Below, in pieces: positions 1 through 17,448 of a stretch of DNA of 64,000 nucleotides. The stretch comes from Balanoglossus misakiensis. Taxonomy: Eukaryota; Animalia; Hemichordata. The stretch lies in contig CM082586.2 in assembly GCA_040954595.2 (NCBI GenBank), positions 4,719,125 to 4,783,124 on the forward strand. Direction: 5' to 3'. The position numbers were made by a program, and so were the translations under genes. The notes below the pieces were generated by a model. The model had not been told where the DNA came from and ran no database searches. It saw only the letters and a list, made by a program, of their open reading frames with translations. Positions within the stretch are counted from its first letter, which is position 1, and each line of letters starts with the position of its first letter.

Positions 1-359
1 GTCGGCTTTTCCGCCCACGATTGGATTTTGATTTATTATATTCATATCATGTTAATTAAATTTGATGCCAGCGACTTCAATTTTTAATCAAAGTCATTCC
101 AATCGATAATAATCTATTCATTCCTTCCATAAACAATTTCCATGGTATTTGAAGCTGGGTCGAGAGCGGCAATTGGAATCTGTAAAAGTCCCGAATCGTG
201 TGTGGAGATTTCATTTGTCAATTATTGATCTCTGAAATAAGTACTGAGTGACGTGTGTGTATATTCTTTCTGATTACGCAGTACATGTACATGACTGTTA
301 TAGAAAAAAATTAAGTACCCCTCCCCCTTTTTCGAATGTCGGTGAAGTTTTATGGTCTA

Positions 360-540
360 ACAGCAGAGTCATTGACGTTACAGCACAGAAATCCACATAA
401 CAACACAAAAATCGACATAAAAGCACATTAATTGATATAACAGTAAAGAAATTGACATACTAGTAATAACATCACAGAAATCAGCGTGACAACACAAAAA
501 TCGGCATAAAAGCACAGAACTCGACGTGTCGGCACAAACC
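360..540. repeat. Degenerate 20-bp minisatellite (~8-9 units)
   Basis: Units such as ACAGCACAGAAATCCACATA, ACAACACAAAAATCGACATA, AAAGCACATTAATTGATATA, ACAGTAAAGAAATTGACATA at 20-bp period, with one 9-bp interruption at ~460-468. Confidence 0.75.
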
Positions 541-3500
541 GCATATGAACTTCTGGCTATCATTATTTGGATGATTCAATTAGACTTCAGGTCCTGTTGC
601 CGGTAATTGATTCGGCTGTCAGCAATAACAGTAGCAAGATGCGAGTATTTCTAACTGACGGAAGACGAAAACTCTCCATACAGCACTTTGCTGCAATCTT
701 GAGCGTTTTGTCGGGAATGGCAGTCAAACTTATCGGTCTTTACAAAACGCACCGCCGATTCGACAAAGTTCTCTCTTTTTTCCGTTTCCCGTCTTTCCCT
801 TTTTAGATGATTATCCCATCCAGAACACCCGTATTAAACAGCCTTCGATGACTACGTCGTTGCGGCATACACGTTTGAAATAACTGCTTTTGTTTCCTAA
901 TTGATGCGGCCAGCGTCTTTGGAGAAGCTAAAATTGCGATCAGTTTTTTCTTCTCTCGGTCACATTAAAAACTTAACGCTGCGTTCTGATTGAAGAAACA
1001 ATTACCGCGCGACCGTGGATTGTGTTCGCGCAGCGGTTGCCAGGGTAACCGCAGCTCCCGGCGAGCGGCCCTGTGGGATTAATTCCTGGAGTGTTGTTGT
1101 CACTCATCTGGAATGCGTCACCGTTGCCGTGGCAATCGTCACATTGCAGAAGATGCCACCGAAATAGACACGGCGTGATGGGGTTTTATTGCGGGCCATA
1201 AAAACGCCCTGTAAAATGAAGCAGCGCGCTTTCCATGTGAAATGAGCACGCTTCTTTGTGCGCTTCTTCAGGGAAGCGACGCTGACAAAGCGCGAAGTAT
1301 TCAGATTTTTTTTTATGATTTCGTCCGTGTCGTTGTTTGAACGCCCTTTGAAAGAAGCCAATGGGTAACACGAATGATTGTCCGCGCGGAATCAATTCCA
1401 CCGAGGCCGGCAATTGAGGCTTGGGCAGCTTAGTGAGGCATCGTCAAACGGAGTCCAATTAAACTGCTTAAATTCTGTCGATTTCAATAGTTTCCGTGGC
1501 AAGCCAATTCGCTTCCCCATCGAATTGTTCCACGTGAAAGAAGACCGGAAAACGACCTTTAAAAAATCAAGCTGAATTCTGAGAATCGTTTATTATCAAA
1601 CCTTGTCCTATACACTCTGAAGGTTTTTTTGTTTGCTGTGTTATAAGTACGCGTGTAAATTTGTACAAAGACAACCCCAGACGTGTCAGCCTATTTACCG
1701 TCTATTTACAAGACGGTTAAGTTTGATAAATATCGTAATTTAGGCCAATTTACGGTAATTTTATATGCAAATGTCATTAGACTGTGCTGATGATCACCAA
1801 GACGTGTGACTTCAGCTCGCCGAGATTCGTCATTTTGTCGCTTCCCTGGTGCAGTTCAACGATAGTAATATTCTGTCGTAAAGGAGTACAGTCACCTCTG
1901 ATTTACATACGCCCGTATGGTTTGTTACGATTGTACTACAAATGCATATAATTTAAATATCAGTGGTGGATGAACAATAAGGGTGTACGTCATTAACATA
2001 GCATTAGCTGTAGTAGCCGTACACCTGGGTATTTTGAATATTACGTAAGGGTTTTTTGATTTTTGACTCTCGGCAACGGCAGTCAAGTGGCGTGAGCCGA
2101 ACAGAAAACAGACAAGTTGTACTCGGCCATGAGCGACGGGGACTGGTATCTTGTAATCCACGTTTGAGCTCGGTGTTGAAGTTCAGCACGTCGGGTATGT
2201 CATATTGGTTTGAATTCAGCCTTGCTCTCGGACTTAAAATGCATGTCTACGCCAGCAACTGTAAGTGAAGTGAACCTGTTAATTTCTTCTGAGAGGACTT
2301 CCGGAAAGAACTTTGTGAGAAAGCAGCGCGCCAGCGTGAACGCGCGCGTCCGAGAAACACCCCCCTGCCGTCAGATCGGTCGTAGAAAAACGCCATTAAT
2401 CGATCGAGGCATTTAAGCTATCAGGCGTTCAATTAAACGCATAACAAGACAATAAAGTTACCAGCCGACAAATTCAAGTTGATGAGTGATTGACCGCCAA
2501 CCTGGGCGGATATATTAACCAGGATAAAAGGACTAGCATGATAGGTACGGGTAATGCTATTAACACCCATGGCGGTTCAGCTCATCACACGAATTGTGTT
2601 ATTTCACAGAATTGTTTTCAACGTTGGGTGAACTCAGGCACAGTAGACGTAACTTTGGATAATATTGTCTTTAATTTTGTTCTGTGTGTCACCTACAGTT
2701 TCTTGTTCCACTCCCTACATCATGTTGATGCATTACCAGCAATGGTATTGTTAACAGCTGAATTTTAGTGCGGACTGAAATTAAAAAATCAACAGAAACT
2801 TTACGAGCCTAAATACTTTGTTGATAAGTTCAATTTGTAGCACTTGGGCATTTTTAATTAGCAGAACAAGAAATAGTAGTTGTTGAATAGAACAAAACTA
2901 GTGAATTATAATCATCAGATGTTACAGTTACTTTCCATTTAAGACTTGGAACGTAGGGCCAGGTGCAGGTGTCAGCATACTTGTAGATGAATCTTCTTTT
3001 AATTTCTCTGAATGCGAGCCACGTGCAGGTGCTCGTAAGACATACAAGTGACAGTCATAGATGTTGCAATTAATTAGAGCTAATTAAAAATGCATTTTAT
3101 TAAAACAAGATGTACAAACACAAGGTGTCTTTGCAATTAAGGTGGCTGTCAGATCCACGAATGGCAAAATATGATCGACGAAGGAATGGTCACGGCAATT
3201 GATTTCGAGGCAAAGGCAATTACTTGTACATCGCTTAAATCGGGTCTGTGTTCTTGTTGGGATGCAGTATTTTTTACATCTCCAGAGTAACCGCTGTACC
3301 AGACGAAAGATTGCCGCTGTGGAGGCGAATTTTTTTATTAAAATATAGAATAATATTGGAGTACTGTGAAACCTGTTGAGTAGGAGGTCCCCACGGTACA
3401 AAAGACACAGCTGTGAGCCGCCTTCGTTTAATTTCAAAGAAATGATGAATTGTTCATGTTATTGTCTTCGACTCCTACTAAGATTAACGTTTCTGGACAA

Positions 3501-6181
3501 AACAGATACAATGAAAGCTGATTGAGTCGCACAGTCAGAAGGAATGTACTGACTGACCATCTTTTTTCGATCAAAACTGTTAAGAACGAATACGAATTCG
3601 AAAGCATCGCCATCTCTCGTACACGTTTGGCAAGGACGAATCGACGCACTTGTCACTTCATCGGCGGGCGCCATTTTATTTAGTGACGTCACAGAATGGC
3701 GACAATACGCCCATTGCAGACGAGCTGCGTTCACTTGGCAGCGGAAGTGCGGCATTTGAAGTCTGAAATCCTACTCACAAAAGCTACATATGACAGACAC
3801 AGAAACTATTGAAGCGCACATCCAAAAAAACTATTTTAATCACTGTTTGTGGGTTTCATACACATGATACAAGGATCCATAGCTCACAAATACCGAACTT
3901 CCGTTCACTGGATTCGCAATGGATGTACTAGTATGCAAAGTAGCCGTGACGAACGCCGGACGGCCGATTAGCGGCGAAGACGAAAACTAGCTCCACGCAA
4001 GTGATTTACACAATATCAACTTAACATTTGCATCAATCACTGCCCACTTTCCTGAACAAAAGCTGTTTAAAACAGCAGCAACAAACAGGGGCACAAACAT
4101 GGCAGTAAATAACCAGGTTTACAAGCCGAGCAGCAATCCGTTCAAAAAAAGAATGACAAAAGATCGTTATGTAAGCGCGCCACAGATTGTTACAGACCAT
4201 CGGTCGTGTGCAGACACACAGACACGGACAATTCGACAAATTATGACCACGTGGATGGTTCTTTACTTCACGTCGCCCTCACGACAAGTTGCCGGCGATT
4301 GAGAACGACAACCGCGACTCGGAATCACCGGTGCTCCGAGTGATTGATCGGTAGCAACGTTTAGACAGCGTACATGCTGACACCCGTCGCCCAAGCAGAA
4401 TGCAACAGAATCCATTATTCGCGGGCTCTCATTAAATCCACCTATATATACCAGCGCAGCTATGTCCGATAAAAGCGCGCGTGTCAAATGTCAATCGTGT
4501 TAACTATCGCTTTCCATTATCGATATGTATCATTATGATTATTACAGCAGCCCTTTTTGGTCGCAATAATGACCATCCATATTTTAAAGTAAGGCGATTA
4601 TGTGATTAAGTTTACTGCCTGTCATCTATAACAAAAGCAACAATAAGCGTTTAAGCTGGCGACTCGCTTCTGTCGCCCGATTTCCAAGCATTCAGACAAA
4701 AAAACTGCATAGCAAATATATCCCTGGCACAAATACTGTTTACGACTGCGTTGTGATATTTATAGTCTGGTATAGCGGGTGTGCACATCAAATATTAGGA
4801 AAATCTTCCAACTTCATCGCAATATAGGCCAGCTCAACCTTAGCGAATTAGTTTCCCGCCCAAAATTCAGTAAATACATTTCTTTGGTCGCCTGAAGCCA
4901 CTGCATACATTTTATTACGCGTCACCCTTGTCTATTGTTGCCGCGTGTCCTGCATATGAATGATATTATCACGTTGTTTACCTGAGAGACATCATTGCGA
5001 TGACTTCATAAATACAATATGGAAATGCATGGTCAAAATGCATGAGACAATGCGAAGCCTGGACAAAAATAGCATAAACATTTGTCTGTCGCAGATTTGG
5101 CTACCTCGTCGTCTGCGTAAAACGCGGGAACATGACGCTTCACGCAAAGCTGTATGTTAGAACATGCTGCCGACTCGGGAACACTGACGGCAGATTAAAA
5201 CAAACATGACAAACGATTATCAAGGTCACAGTTGATGTCCCTTCAAACTGTACAGCAAATATCATTCCGCAGTTTTTTTAATCAACTGCAATCATGTCCT
5301 GTTAGACAACCAACATGTTTTAAACCTAACAGAGTATGATGGTGTCGTGGTCGTTTAAATGTTAGGTTCCCATTCTGTTTTGTGGTACAGCGGCGGACAA
5401 AGTAATCAGACATCAACGTTGATCATTATCTTTTCCCTTGCTATGTTCTTGTCTTGTTGCATGATGGGTCAACGGTGACTTTTGTCAATTTTACGTTGTA
5501 CGTTCACTGGACTGTATGCTACAAACGTCCAATCTCCCCGCCATCTTCTCTCTTCACGAACTGCATGCAGGGAAATGCGGGTAGATTGGACACAGCTAAC
5601 GATTGTCCAAAGGGTGGGAGAGAACATTAAAAAACGATGTTACTTTAGCGAAGTTTGTTACCAGACTGTCAAAAAAATCAGGACATATTTTTATCTCCTC
5701 GGTTGTAAAAGGGTAATCAGCAGACTCCAACAATAAAATTATATCGCTTAATTCATCTGCTTGCAAGGTTTACCCAGGAATGAAGAATGTGTTTTAATAA
5801 CTCTGATGTCACTATGGTTTTCACGTGTTTACACCTTGACTACTGGAGTCATAAAAAGGTTACGAAGTCGAATTAAAATGTTAGTATTTCTACTAAGGCC
5901 GTCGTTTGTTTTCAAATAAACGGATTAGGCAATATTAATCGTCCTTGGCGAACAGGAAAAAAACACTGTAGTGTCAGAATAATAATTCACTCAGGCAGAA
6001 ATTTTTCCAGAAAATGATTAGTATTACCTTGATTTAAATGGACAGGTTTGGTTGTCATATCACCGTATCTTCACTATAATTTTTGTATCAGTTTCTTGTC
6101 TACAATTTGTAAAATATACTGGTCGATCTATTTAATACAAATCCAACCAGGAAGAAGAAGGATGGATGGGTGGATGGATCG

Positions 6182-6302
6182 ATGAATGAATGAATGAATG
6201 AATGAATGAATGAATGAATGAATGAATGAATGAATGAATGAATGAATGAATGAATGAATGAATGAATGAATGAATGAATGAATGAATGAATGAATGAATG
6301 AA
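6182..6302. repeat. (ATGA)n microsatellite, ~30 units, preceded by short (GGAT)n
   Basis: Directly visible. Confidence 0.98.
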
Positions 6303-6627
6303 AAAAATTTCTTCGTTGTATATATATAACACAGAGGACACACTCAATACCAAAGCTCGAATAGTTCGGTCAACAATGTTTTATTGTCCATTTTCATATT
6401 CTTTGCGTCCAAGCCTTCGAAGCTACAAGCCAATGCCGTTACGATTATTATCTGCTTAGACGAAAACAAGCTCAAGGTCAATCACCGGGGAGTAGGAGTA
6501 AAGCCGTTTCAAGGAAATTTGATTTTTCCCCCGTTGGAGACACACTAAGGTCGGGTTGAATCGGAATTAATAATGTTCTAATTTGTAAATTGAAATCTTT
6601 AATTATGTTGATACAGTGGTTTAGCGG

Positions 6628-6713
6628 GGAGAGACTGAGAGAAATAAGATAGAGAGAGACACAGAGAGATAGAGAGGCAGGCAGGCAGGCAGACAGACAG
6701 ACAGACAGACAGA
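6628..6713. repeat. Compound (AG)n/(GGCA)n/(GACA)n microsatellite
   Basis: Directly visible, imperfect. Confidence 0.85.
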
Positions 6714-7617
6714 GGGGAATGGGAACAGAAAATTAGGGCAACGCACTCCTTTCAAAACTTGCACTTGGGAGAAATCCCACGCGGCGCAAAAACCATGTGT
6801 ATCATATACACATAAATAAGGCCATCATTTTTATCGTTTGATCATGATAGCAATAAAAGCACTATAGAAATCACTCCGATGGGACTATCAGCGTGCAATG
6901 TCAAAATCAACCGAAGCCATATATAGTCGGTACAGCCGTGGGTGGTGTGCCAAATTGTATAGTTTGTGGACTGGGAAATGGAAAGCGAGTGTGAGTCATA
7001 ATATAGTATATACATGTAGTAAATAAAAGCGTAAAACGCGTGTAACTTGTGTAGTTTTTTCAACTTTGTTAGAGAAACCGAACGCGATTTAAATAGTTCG
7101 GCTTTTACGCCTTCGCCGATTAAGAAGTTCGGCGGTGGACTCTGAGCATGTACGTGTTCATAAATTGTACGTCATTCAAGTAATACTATTCGGGACTACC
7201 TTCATTTCAAAATGACAACACACAAGGCAATGCATGACGCGCAGGCGACAAGTTATAGCAAAAAATATTAATGGCCACTTCGACCTTCCCTGAAATTAGA
7301 AATTGCTATGATTTCTATAGCTATTTTCCAACAGATTTGACGTTGGCCTTGTGATGAAAATATCGCTGTGAAATTCTGAGAAAATAAACAGTAGAGGAAG
7401 GTCATCATCAGTGGGGGGTGGGGTTGAGATATGCTGGAATTATTCCATTATTAGGGAGGTGTCAAAGTTAATGAAGGGGTGGGCTAAGTTGCATACTGAT
7501 CGCCTTATTATCGCTTTCCTCCAGAAACATTCAAACGAACATCGGCTGAACGAACATACCTTAGCGCAGAATCGACCGAATCATCTACAATTTTTCCGTG
7601 TGATTATTAAATAGATA

Positions 7618-7618
7618 A

Positions 7619-7665
<47 letters not shown>
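7618..7665. repeat. (GAAA)n microsatellite, ~11 units
   Basis: Directly visible. Confidence 0.97.
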
Positions 7666-10600
7666 GAACATAGTTCTTGGTGATTATATGGTTAACTAAG
7701 CCCGTTGACATTCAGGTTTGCTTAACCCCGTGTTCTGAAAACAGGTCAAAAAGTGTATCAGATGTCTCGTCAAGGATGACGGTACCGTCACTTGTTGCCG
7801 TCAGAATTCGATCTTATAGGGTGGGGCTCGCCTCATCACATCTGATGGTAGCTGTCATGACAACACGAAACTCATTACAATCAAATGTCGCATATGAAGG
7901 ACATTTGACCGCGTGTAAATTATTTATCCACTCCCCACTGTCCTTATCGCTTATGAATGGGCCACAAACACCACACACTGTGTGTTTTTTCACACGGTCA
8001 ATTGATTACAATTATACGATGCTATTTCCAAGAAAATTACTTTCGCTAATTGACATGAGGTTAAATATCAAAGAGTTGTTTTCCCTTAATCACAACGGCT
8101 GTAATTATGAGTAACCCTGGTAATTTGTGAGCCCAATTGTTAAAGAAAACACAAGTCATGGCCATGTGATAGCAAAGGTATTATGCGCTTGTGGGACAGG
8201 TTTTCAAGGAAAATGATAGTCTAACAAATCTTTCTATTCTTTGATGCGTTTAACTGTATGGGGCGGAGTCTTTTTTAAATCACAGAAGAAAATTTGTTTT
8301 CATAAAAAACACTACCTTAAATTGTATCCATAGCGTTGACATAGAGAGTGGTTGGCCAAAGTCTTACGCTGGAAGTCAGACTCGTATAGCTGTACATTCA
8401 TATTATTGTTCCGTGGTGTTTTTGACGCCATTTCTCGACATCACCATCGTTACAGCGCGTTATGATGCAGCTTTTTATGGAAACAGTTAACGGCTCTCCG
8501 GAACAGAAGAAAAATGGACGCGTTATTGTTACTAACCATTTTAGGCGCTTCGTTTGAAACTCCAACCGGAAATTCTACTTCTGTTCGAATCTCTTTACGA
8601 CATATCATTACGGCACAACGCTCCGTAACCAAATCAATGAAACGGTGAATATACAGACTTTCGCTCTGAGCAGCGAAGAGCCAACGGATGCTGCATATGA
8701 GCTCATAAAAAGACAACGACATTGTACAAATTCATTTCATTCACCGGTATAAAGAGGCCACTGCCCTTATAAAACGGTTGACCACGTTTTGTCGTAGTAA
8801 TGGTCAAGCGATAATTAGGTGACGTCACTCTTAATATACCATCGATAATACCGTTGTTCACACTGATATCAGTCGTCTTAAATCTACATCACCGTTATAT
8901 CAGTTGAGTGAATCTGTAAAGCATGGGAAATGTACATTTGTTTATTATTCTCATTTGAATAATATAAAATGTCCGGTTCGTCTTTGTAGTTTGAGTGCGT
9001 TCGCGCGGATGCGCTCACCTCACCGAGGCCATTCGCGTTGCTCGTTTCCAAGTAACACCACGCATTGCGCTGGAGCTTATCAAAATGAGCGAATGGGAAA
9101 CATGTATATTTTGACAAAAGCAGACACAGCGTACGTATTTTTTATCCCTTTTTTAATATAACGAAGTGATTGGGGCCTGTTAAGTGGGTATCGTATTTTG
9201 GGGCTATTTATAGCTGTCATTAAAAGCAATCCTCGCCACGATTATTGGCGATGCTTTATTCTTCAGGAGAACAAAGGCGATAATTGAGCCAAAAAAGGGA
9301 GCTTCGCGATTGTGATTTGAAAACTTCTCTTTAAAAAAAAAATAGAAATAGCGGGTAGGCTTATGGTTCATACACGAATTAATATCGACCATTAGCGTGC
9401 GCTCAAAAGGATAACTTTTCAAAACGCGCCATCAAAGCGATCATTAAGGAGCGACACCCATTTGTTTGAGAACAGTTCAAAAGTACCGTCGGCGATTCCG
9501 CTCTCATTCACCGCCACTCTGCCGATTTTTGGCGCGAACGAAATGGTTCATTATTACATATACATTAGTATGTGAAGTTTAGCGAATCGATTCGCGGGTG
9601 TTTTGAGATACATTTATAAAGACAAAGTGCCGACCACCTCGTTGCGGAAATGTTGCAAAACGTGAACAAGATACTCTTATAGCTAAATTTTAAACCTGCT
9701 TAATGTTCCAAAAATCCAAAATGGTCAGCAAAGAGACAACACCCGGGGACTGCATGCGGGGTCAGACGTTCAACAAATCGGCACTTCTCATCAGTCCCGC
9801 CCCAAAAATGGAGTTTGAGAATCAAACAGCAAGTTCAATAAACCGACTCTCATCCATGCATAATCATGACGTCACGCGAAGCTTGATAGAAGCTGGTTAG
9901 TGGTTTCCCATAGTATTAACGGATACCTTAATGATTCTGAGCCAATCCTGATTTACTGAGAATACAGTCGCCATTGTTTGTGTCCGGAGTAATTCATCTC
10001 GCCTGACTGCCCTATGCTCATCATCATTCTCACAGTTTAATGCCATCAAATTAAACAGGCGTTGGCAATGTGGGAACACAAAGGAGATGGTCTGAGCGCT
10101 TTCTATATCTGCAGAAATTTAATAGGAGTGTTCGATTAATTTGACAAATTACTTGATCATCCTCTGTCGTCTATATCATGATGATCTCTTCAGCCACTAA
10201 TTGTGTATTGTGGCTCTGGTTCACAGTAACTCGCTTCATGCTAATGATTTCTGCACGGCAAAGAGTGAGCGAAATTCAGGAATGTTGTCACTAATCACCT
10301 GTCACATTTGGTTATTAAATTTCTCTATCTATTTAAATTTTTTTTTAAATTATCTGATTTACATTCTCGAAATACCTGTCTTATTAGGTTTAATGCTAAT
10401 AACCTGTTCTGAAATGTGTACTCCATAAGCTGGATATGATGGCACTTGGTCAGTCCCTAACGGTGCATACTGTAATTTGTTTCCACTTGAAATACCCCCT
10501 CTTCCCGCGACAGCTATAAAATGCATCTTCTGTGGTAGGAACAAACTTACATTTCCAATAGGGGTTGACCAAATGGCCATCCGAAGGTGACAAATAGTGA

Positions 10601-13600
10601 ATAATTTTGAACAGTCGTCGCGAGATATGAATAGTTTTTATTGACTTTTAGTCGGAGGGGAGGGGGTCAAGAATGTTTGCTCGTTGATGAAAGGGATATA
10701 CCACCAGCTCAAAAGGAGAAGGGCTATTTTTAGTGCCTTGGAGTATACACCTGATTTCGACGTAACAATGGGATAACAACAGCATTGTTATATCGTCCAT
10801 TTTGCTTTCTATCCACGGTACTGTCGCGGGAGAACAGCCTCGTTCAGAATAGCGTGTCTATTGTCGTGCAAATTGGGTATTGTGACCGAGTTTGGAGTAT
10901 GTTGGCAGAAATACGCAGAAAAAACTCTCTGAGCGACAAATATTAAGTTTGCAGATCGGTTGTCTGTGGTGAGGTCACGGCCCATTCTCTGCTGCCGCGC
11001 TTCCGCCATTTTCTCTCTCATTAGAACAGAACAATGCCGCCAAAACATATATCATAATTTGCAGGTAAATGTACATGTACTTGATATGGTACTCCGCTCA
11101 ATAGGGGGGGGGGGGGGTGCATTGTAAATGAGAACACTGAAGCAATGTCACGGGTCGCTGAATTGTGTGGGACCCGTTTCTATGGCAACGTGTCGTTCAG
11201 ACGGTAGAATGGACGGGACGTCACCCCTCCGGGTGCATCTAATAAACCCTTTGTCGGATACCTTGACCAATATAAGGGACTGAGGAGTCATTATTTTCCA
11301 ATTGAAGGACGCATCGGCGCGGAACTGGGTGACCTTGGGAAAAATGGCTCTCGTATAAGGCAGACAAAAATAGCGTTGTTTGAATGACTGCCTAGTTCTG
11401 ACGGTGGCCATGACAATATGAAGATAAATGCCATATCAGTTACACTTGTGTCATGTAATATAGAATGAAAGGTTTAAAAAGGTGCGTGAAGGTCATGGTA
11501 AAATTGTTTGTTATTTTGTATTCACCGGGCCTTGAGTCACATTTCCAAAATTACAAAAAAACAATTATTTTAAAATTGTTTCTCACTTGAACCCGGCGAC
11601 ACAGTTAATAATTCATCCAATACTATATGCCAATATTTAACCTGACTGTTGTCCACAGCGATCGGCCACTGTAATTTGTGAATTATTGGTTTACTAATTA
11701 GCATATAGACTTACGTATTCTGGTTGACCGCAGCAAATGCATATATCGTCATTCATCCAAACGTGTAAATAATGTGATGACGTCATTTTATATGGAAAAA
11801 TGAGTTGCATAAATTATACCATACATTTGTTTTGACCCAAGGGGCAAGACATATTTCTGATGATATTACGATAGCATCTTTTCTCCTAGAGTGGGTAAGG
11901 GACTGGTCATTTTTTCTTGTCGGGGGGTCGATGGATTGGTGGCAGTCCTCCTGTTTTGAAACGCAGAAAATACAGTCATATACTTTTATTGTTATTTTTC
12001 TATCTTCTAGTTTGTGAAATTAAGAGGTTGTTTTGGTCCAATTTTCGCCCACATTTCTCCAAAAAGGGCGACTTTTGTTGAAAAGTCTAGACAAGGCCAG
12101 GGCATCTTGACATTTCCGGTACGAGCATATGGATACCATTATCTTTGACAGTGTCACTACCAGGGTAAATAATTCAGTGTGTTGTCATAGAAATAACACT
12201 GGTATTTAAAGATGACGTAGCGTAATGTTTCACACGGGTTTACTATTCTTCAGGAATTAATTTGAAGTGCCGATTATGGTTCTATTGTGCCATTTGATCT
12301 GCAAATTTCGTCTTAATTTACTTGTCAATGAACGATTATTATTTTTCTCTGAGCAGATGTGTATAAGTAATTACAGTCGCATATTTTCAAAATTACTTCT
12401 TTTGAAGATTACGAAAAGACAAATTGTAATTCTTGTCACCTGTCAGGAATCTGTCACCGACGCGACAAAAGGCGACAAGTTACCTAATGGTCGACAGATT
12501 CTGCATTTCCTATGGTAATTGCCGCGCACAATCCTTTAATCGTTAAATCTCTCTTACAAACCAAACTCACTGAAGGCCTAACGAAAACACTGAAATGGGG
12601 TTCCTTGGACAAAAGCTTACTTCGGGCGCTTGTTGTCTCTTGTGGACATTTCGTCGCAAATGAGGCGCGCATTGTCCCGCGGCAGTCACGACTTCATCGG
12701 CAACAATGCCACAGGCGAGCGTTTTGCAAAGTATTCGGTTGGTAGATTATGCACGACAAGTGCATTCCGAGTGGGGTAGCCATTGTTGACACTTTTTTTC
12801 AGGTGGACAAGCAGGCCATAACTGTTAAGCCTCGTCATTGTTCTAACGGAATTCCAACTCAGTTTATAACGTGCCTCGTGAACATTATCGCAATCTTGAA
12901 AAGAAATCGCGCCATTTGCTTACGTCATTATCCGAAACTTTTTGTTTTGTTTAGCATGGCAAGGGAATGTGCCATTTTTATCTCTCTGCTTCATACTATC
13001 CCAGATTCGACATATGCTTAGTATTAAGCGTGTAGAATTAACTGGTTTCACGAAAAATATGCCTTACGTCGGTTAGAAAACACCGTGTAGACCAATAGGC
13101 GCCGCCTACCTCCATTTTCTTTAATAGTCTGACCATTTTAATTTTATAACATGTAGACTACTTAAATCATTAAACATGCACTCATTGCGTTTATCTCTAT
13201 GTTGTTGTTTTCTCGTCGGCTATCATACTCTACAAGTGATACCTTCTGCTAAGTGATGCAATTGGCCAATACTAGTATCGGTTTTATATTTATTTGCAAA
13301 ATAAAGACTGCATGTGCGAGAGTTGGGGAAAAATAAAATGTAATATTGCAAAACAAAATATGCCAGCAGTTCCGCGTAAAGTTCAAATGAAAGGCGAGAG
13401 TCCATCCCCTGATCTCGTTGCAAATTAGCGAGGCTATCAGGATTTGATTTAATACGACTTTGTATAAAGCGATGAAGCCTGTGACGATCGAGGCCTTGAC
13501 GGACGGGTGCTGTGCAGGCATTGAAAAGGCTTGTTTCTATTTTTAACTTTTAAATGAGGAAACGTCATCCACGCATATTCAAATATAGATTTGACATTGC

Positions 13601-13774
13601 CGTGGAGGTGCTCGTGTTGTTGTTTTTTCATGGGAATCGGTCAGAGAAATAAATGTCCTCGATTTGTGTTTGGTTCAGTGCACGGGTCTTGCAGATTCCC
13701 ATTTTTATCAGGGTTAAATTTTGCGCGAATACATCGATAAGCCTTTTTTTGGCATTGTACGGGTACAGCCAGTT

Positions 13775-14150
13775 CAGTGCCGCGCCCGCGCGCGCTCATG
13801 ATGACGCGACAGTCAAATATTTCACCGAGTTCATTGCCCAAGCCAAGGTTGCCCGCCATATATGAGAATCCGTTGACCACTGCCATGCCATCTCCCATTC
13901 GGCGCGAGCAAGCAACGTTATTATACATGATTCTCGTCCAGAAACCGCCACCCATCACCCTTGCGCGCGTTCCTTGTTGCCGTGGCGTCCACGCTATTTA
14001 ATCGCTGAGGGGTGCGCGTGCACAGCTGAGCTGCCTTCAAGGGCCGCAAAATCGACACTTGAGAAGAATCTAATCAAATTGGATGCTGACGCCATTTTAG
14101 ACAGCACTCTAGTTCTGTCTTCATCATCTACCATTGTCATAGTAACCAAA
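13775..14150 (+). promoter_or_regulatory. Putative proximal promoter of the TASK gene
   Basis: GC-rich tract at 13779-13795, X-box-like GTTGCCGTGGCGTC 13976-13989, TATA-like TATTTAA 13995-14001, YY1-like CGCCATTTT ~14090, X-box-like ATTGTCATAGTAAC 14133-14146; lies ~0.5-0.8 kb upstream of the ATG. The TSS cannot be determined from sequence. Confidence 0.45.
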
Positions 14151-14530
14151 AATAATTACTGAATCGCCGTCGGTCGACACTATTGATAATTTCAGATTTC
14201 ATGGAGTAATCAGTCCATTTTCTTAGACCAGATTTCCATTTTGTGTTTGCGATGACGGACGAGAAAGTTTATAGTTTCAAGCTCTAAGTTCGATAATTTC
14301 TCACTGCAAAATTAGAGATGTGTGTTGCTGCCTATTAAAACGATCAAATGGGAGATTGCACGCTCGATTGTTGAGAAATTTCTGTTTCACATTAACCAAT
14401 TCGGTAATACGCCAGCTGGTGGCCATCGCGTTATTGGCCAATCTGCATATTCATAAGATGCGCGGACACTCGTCTCTCCGCGTTGGTGTTGCGCACCGGC
14501 TGCCCAAGTAGTGAAAGGCAGTACAGCGCG

Positions 14531-16821
<2,291 letters not shown>

Positions 16822-17362
16822 GACGAAGCAGGATGTTCTCGGTGAAGGAATACGTGACAAGCGATCTTTTTTTCTCGTCTCGGATACCAGTACGTTGTCT
16901 TTTCCCCCCCTTTTTGTGTACAGTTGCAAAATTTTAAAATCTTTCGAAATCTACAGCGGACCACGAACTCATGATTACAGCAAAATACCCCGGAAACGTC
17001 ACTTTTTTCACGAGTATGTAGGTATTACAAGGAAGTGAGGGTCTGTGTGACATCGGTATGCTCACCAGCCGTACAAGACACTGGGCTGGGTAGAACATTC
17101 CTCGACCGCTATTACGTATGTTACTGTACGGTTGTGTGTACCCAGAGACCCCGGTGTTACGTTCCACAAGGCTTCTGTCGACAGAAAGGTATTGTTGAGA
17201 ACATTTATTTAAAATAGCTTTTGCCATTGTACGGAGGGGGGGGGGGGGAGGAAGAGACTTCAAGGGGGAAAACAATGCAAATGGAATATTTAAGCTACTA
17301 CGTAGCTATTCCCAGAAACCATGTGGGGGCAAGCCTCGTCTCTTAAAACTTCGCTTTCTTAA

Positions 17363-17448
17363 CCCTTTCACCCCCAGTGCCATCTTGCGAGGTCCCAGCT
17401 CTACCATACAAAACAATGGGTCTTGTCTGAACTGTGGCGGTGAAAGGG
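17363..17448. mobile_element. piggyBac-like MITE (86 bp) with TTAA target-site duplication
   Basis: TTAA(17359-62)-CCCTTTCACC...GGTGAAAGGG-TTAA(17449-52): perfect 10-bp TIR with CCC..GGG ends and TTAA TSD, the piggyBac signature. Confidence 0.8.

Noticed and set aside
2088-2110. Resemblance to miR-375 (reverse strand); also a 12-nt miR-219-like match near 21660
   Set aside because: Seed mismatched or incomplete, and no proper precursor hairpin.
8811-12230. Weak inverted similarity between 8811-8873 and 12165-12230
   Set aside because: Low identity over ~60 bp; more likely independent fragments of an old repeat than ends of one element.
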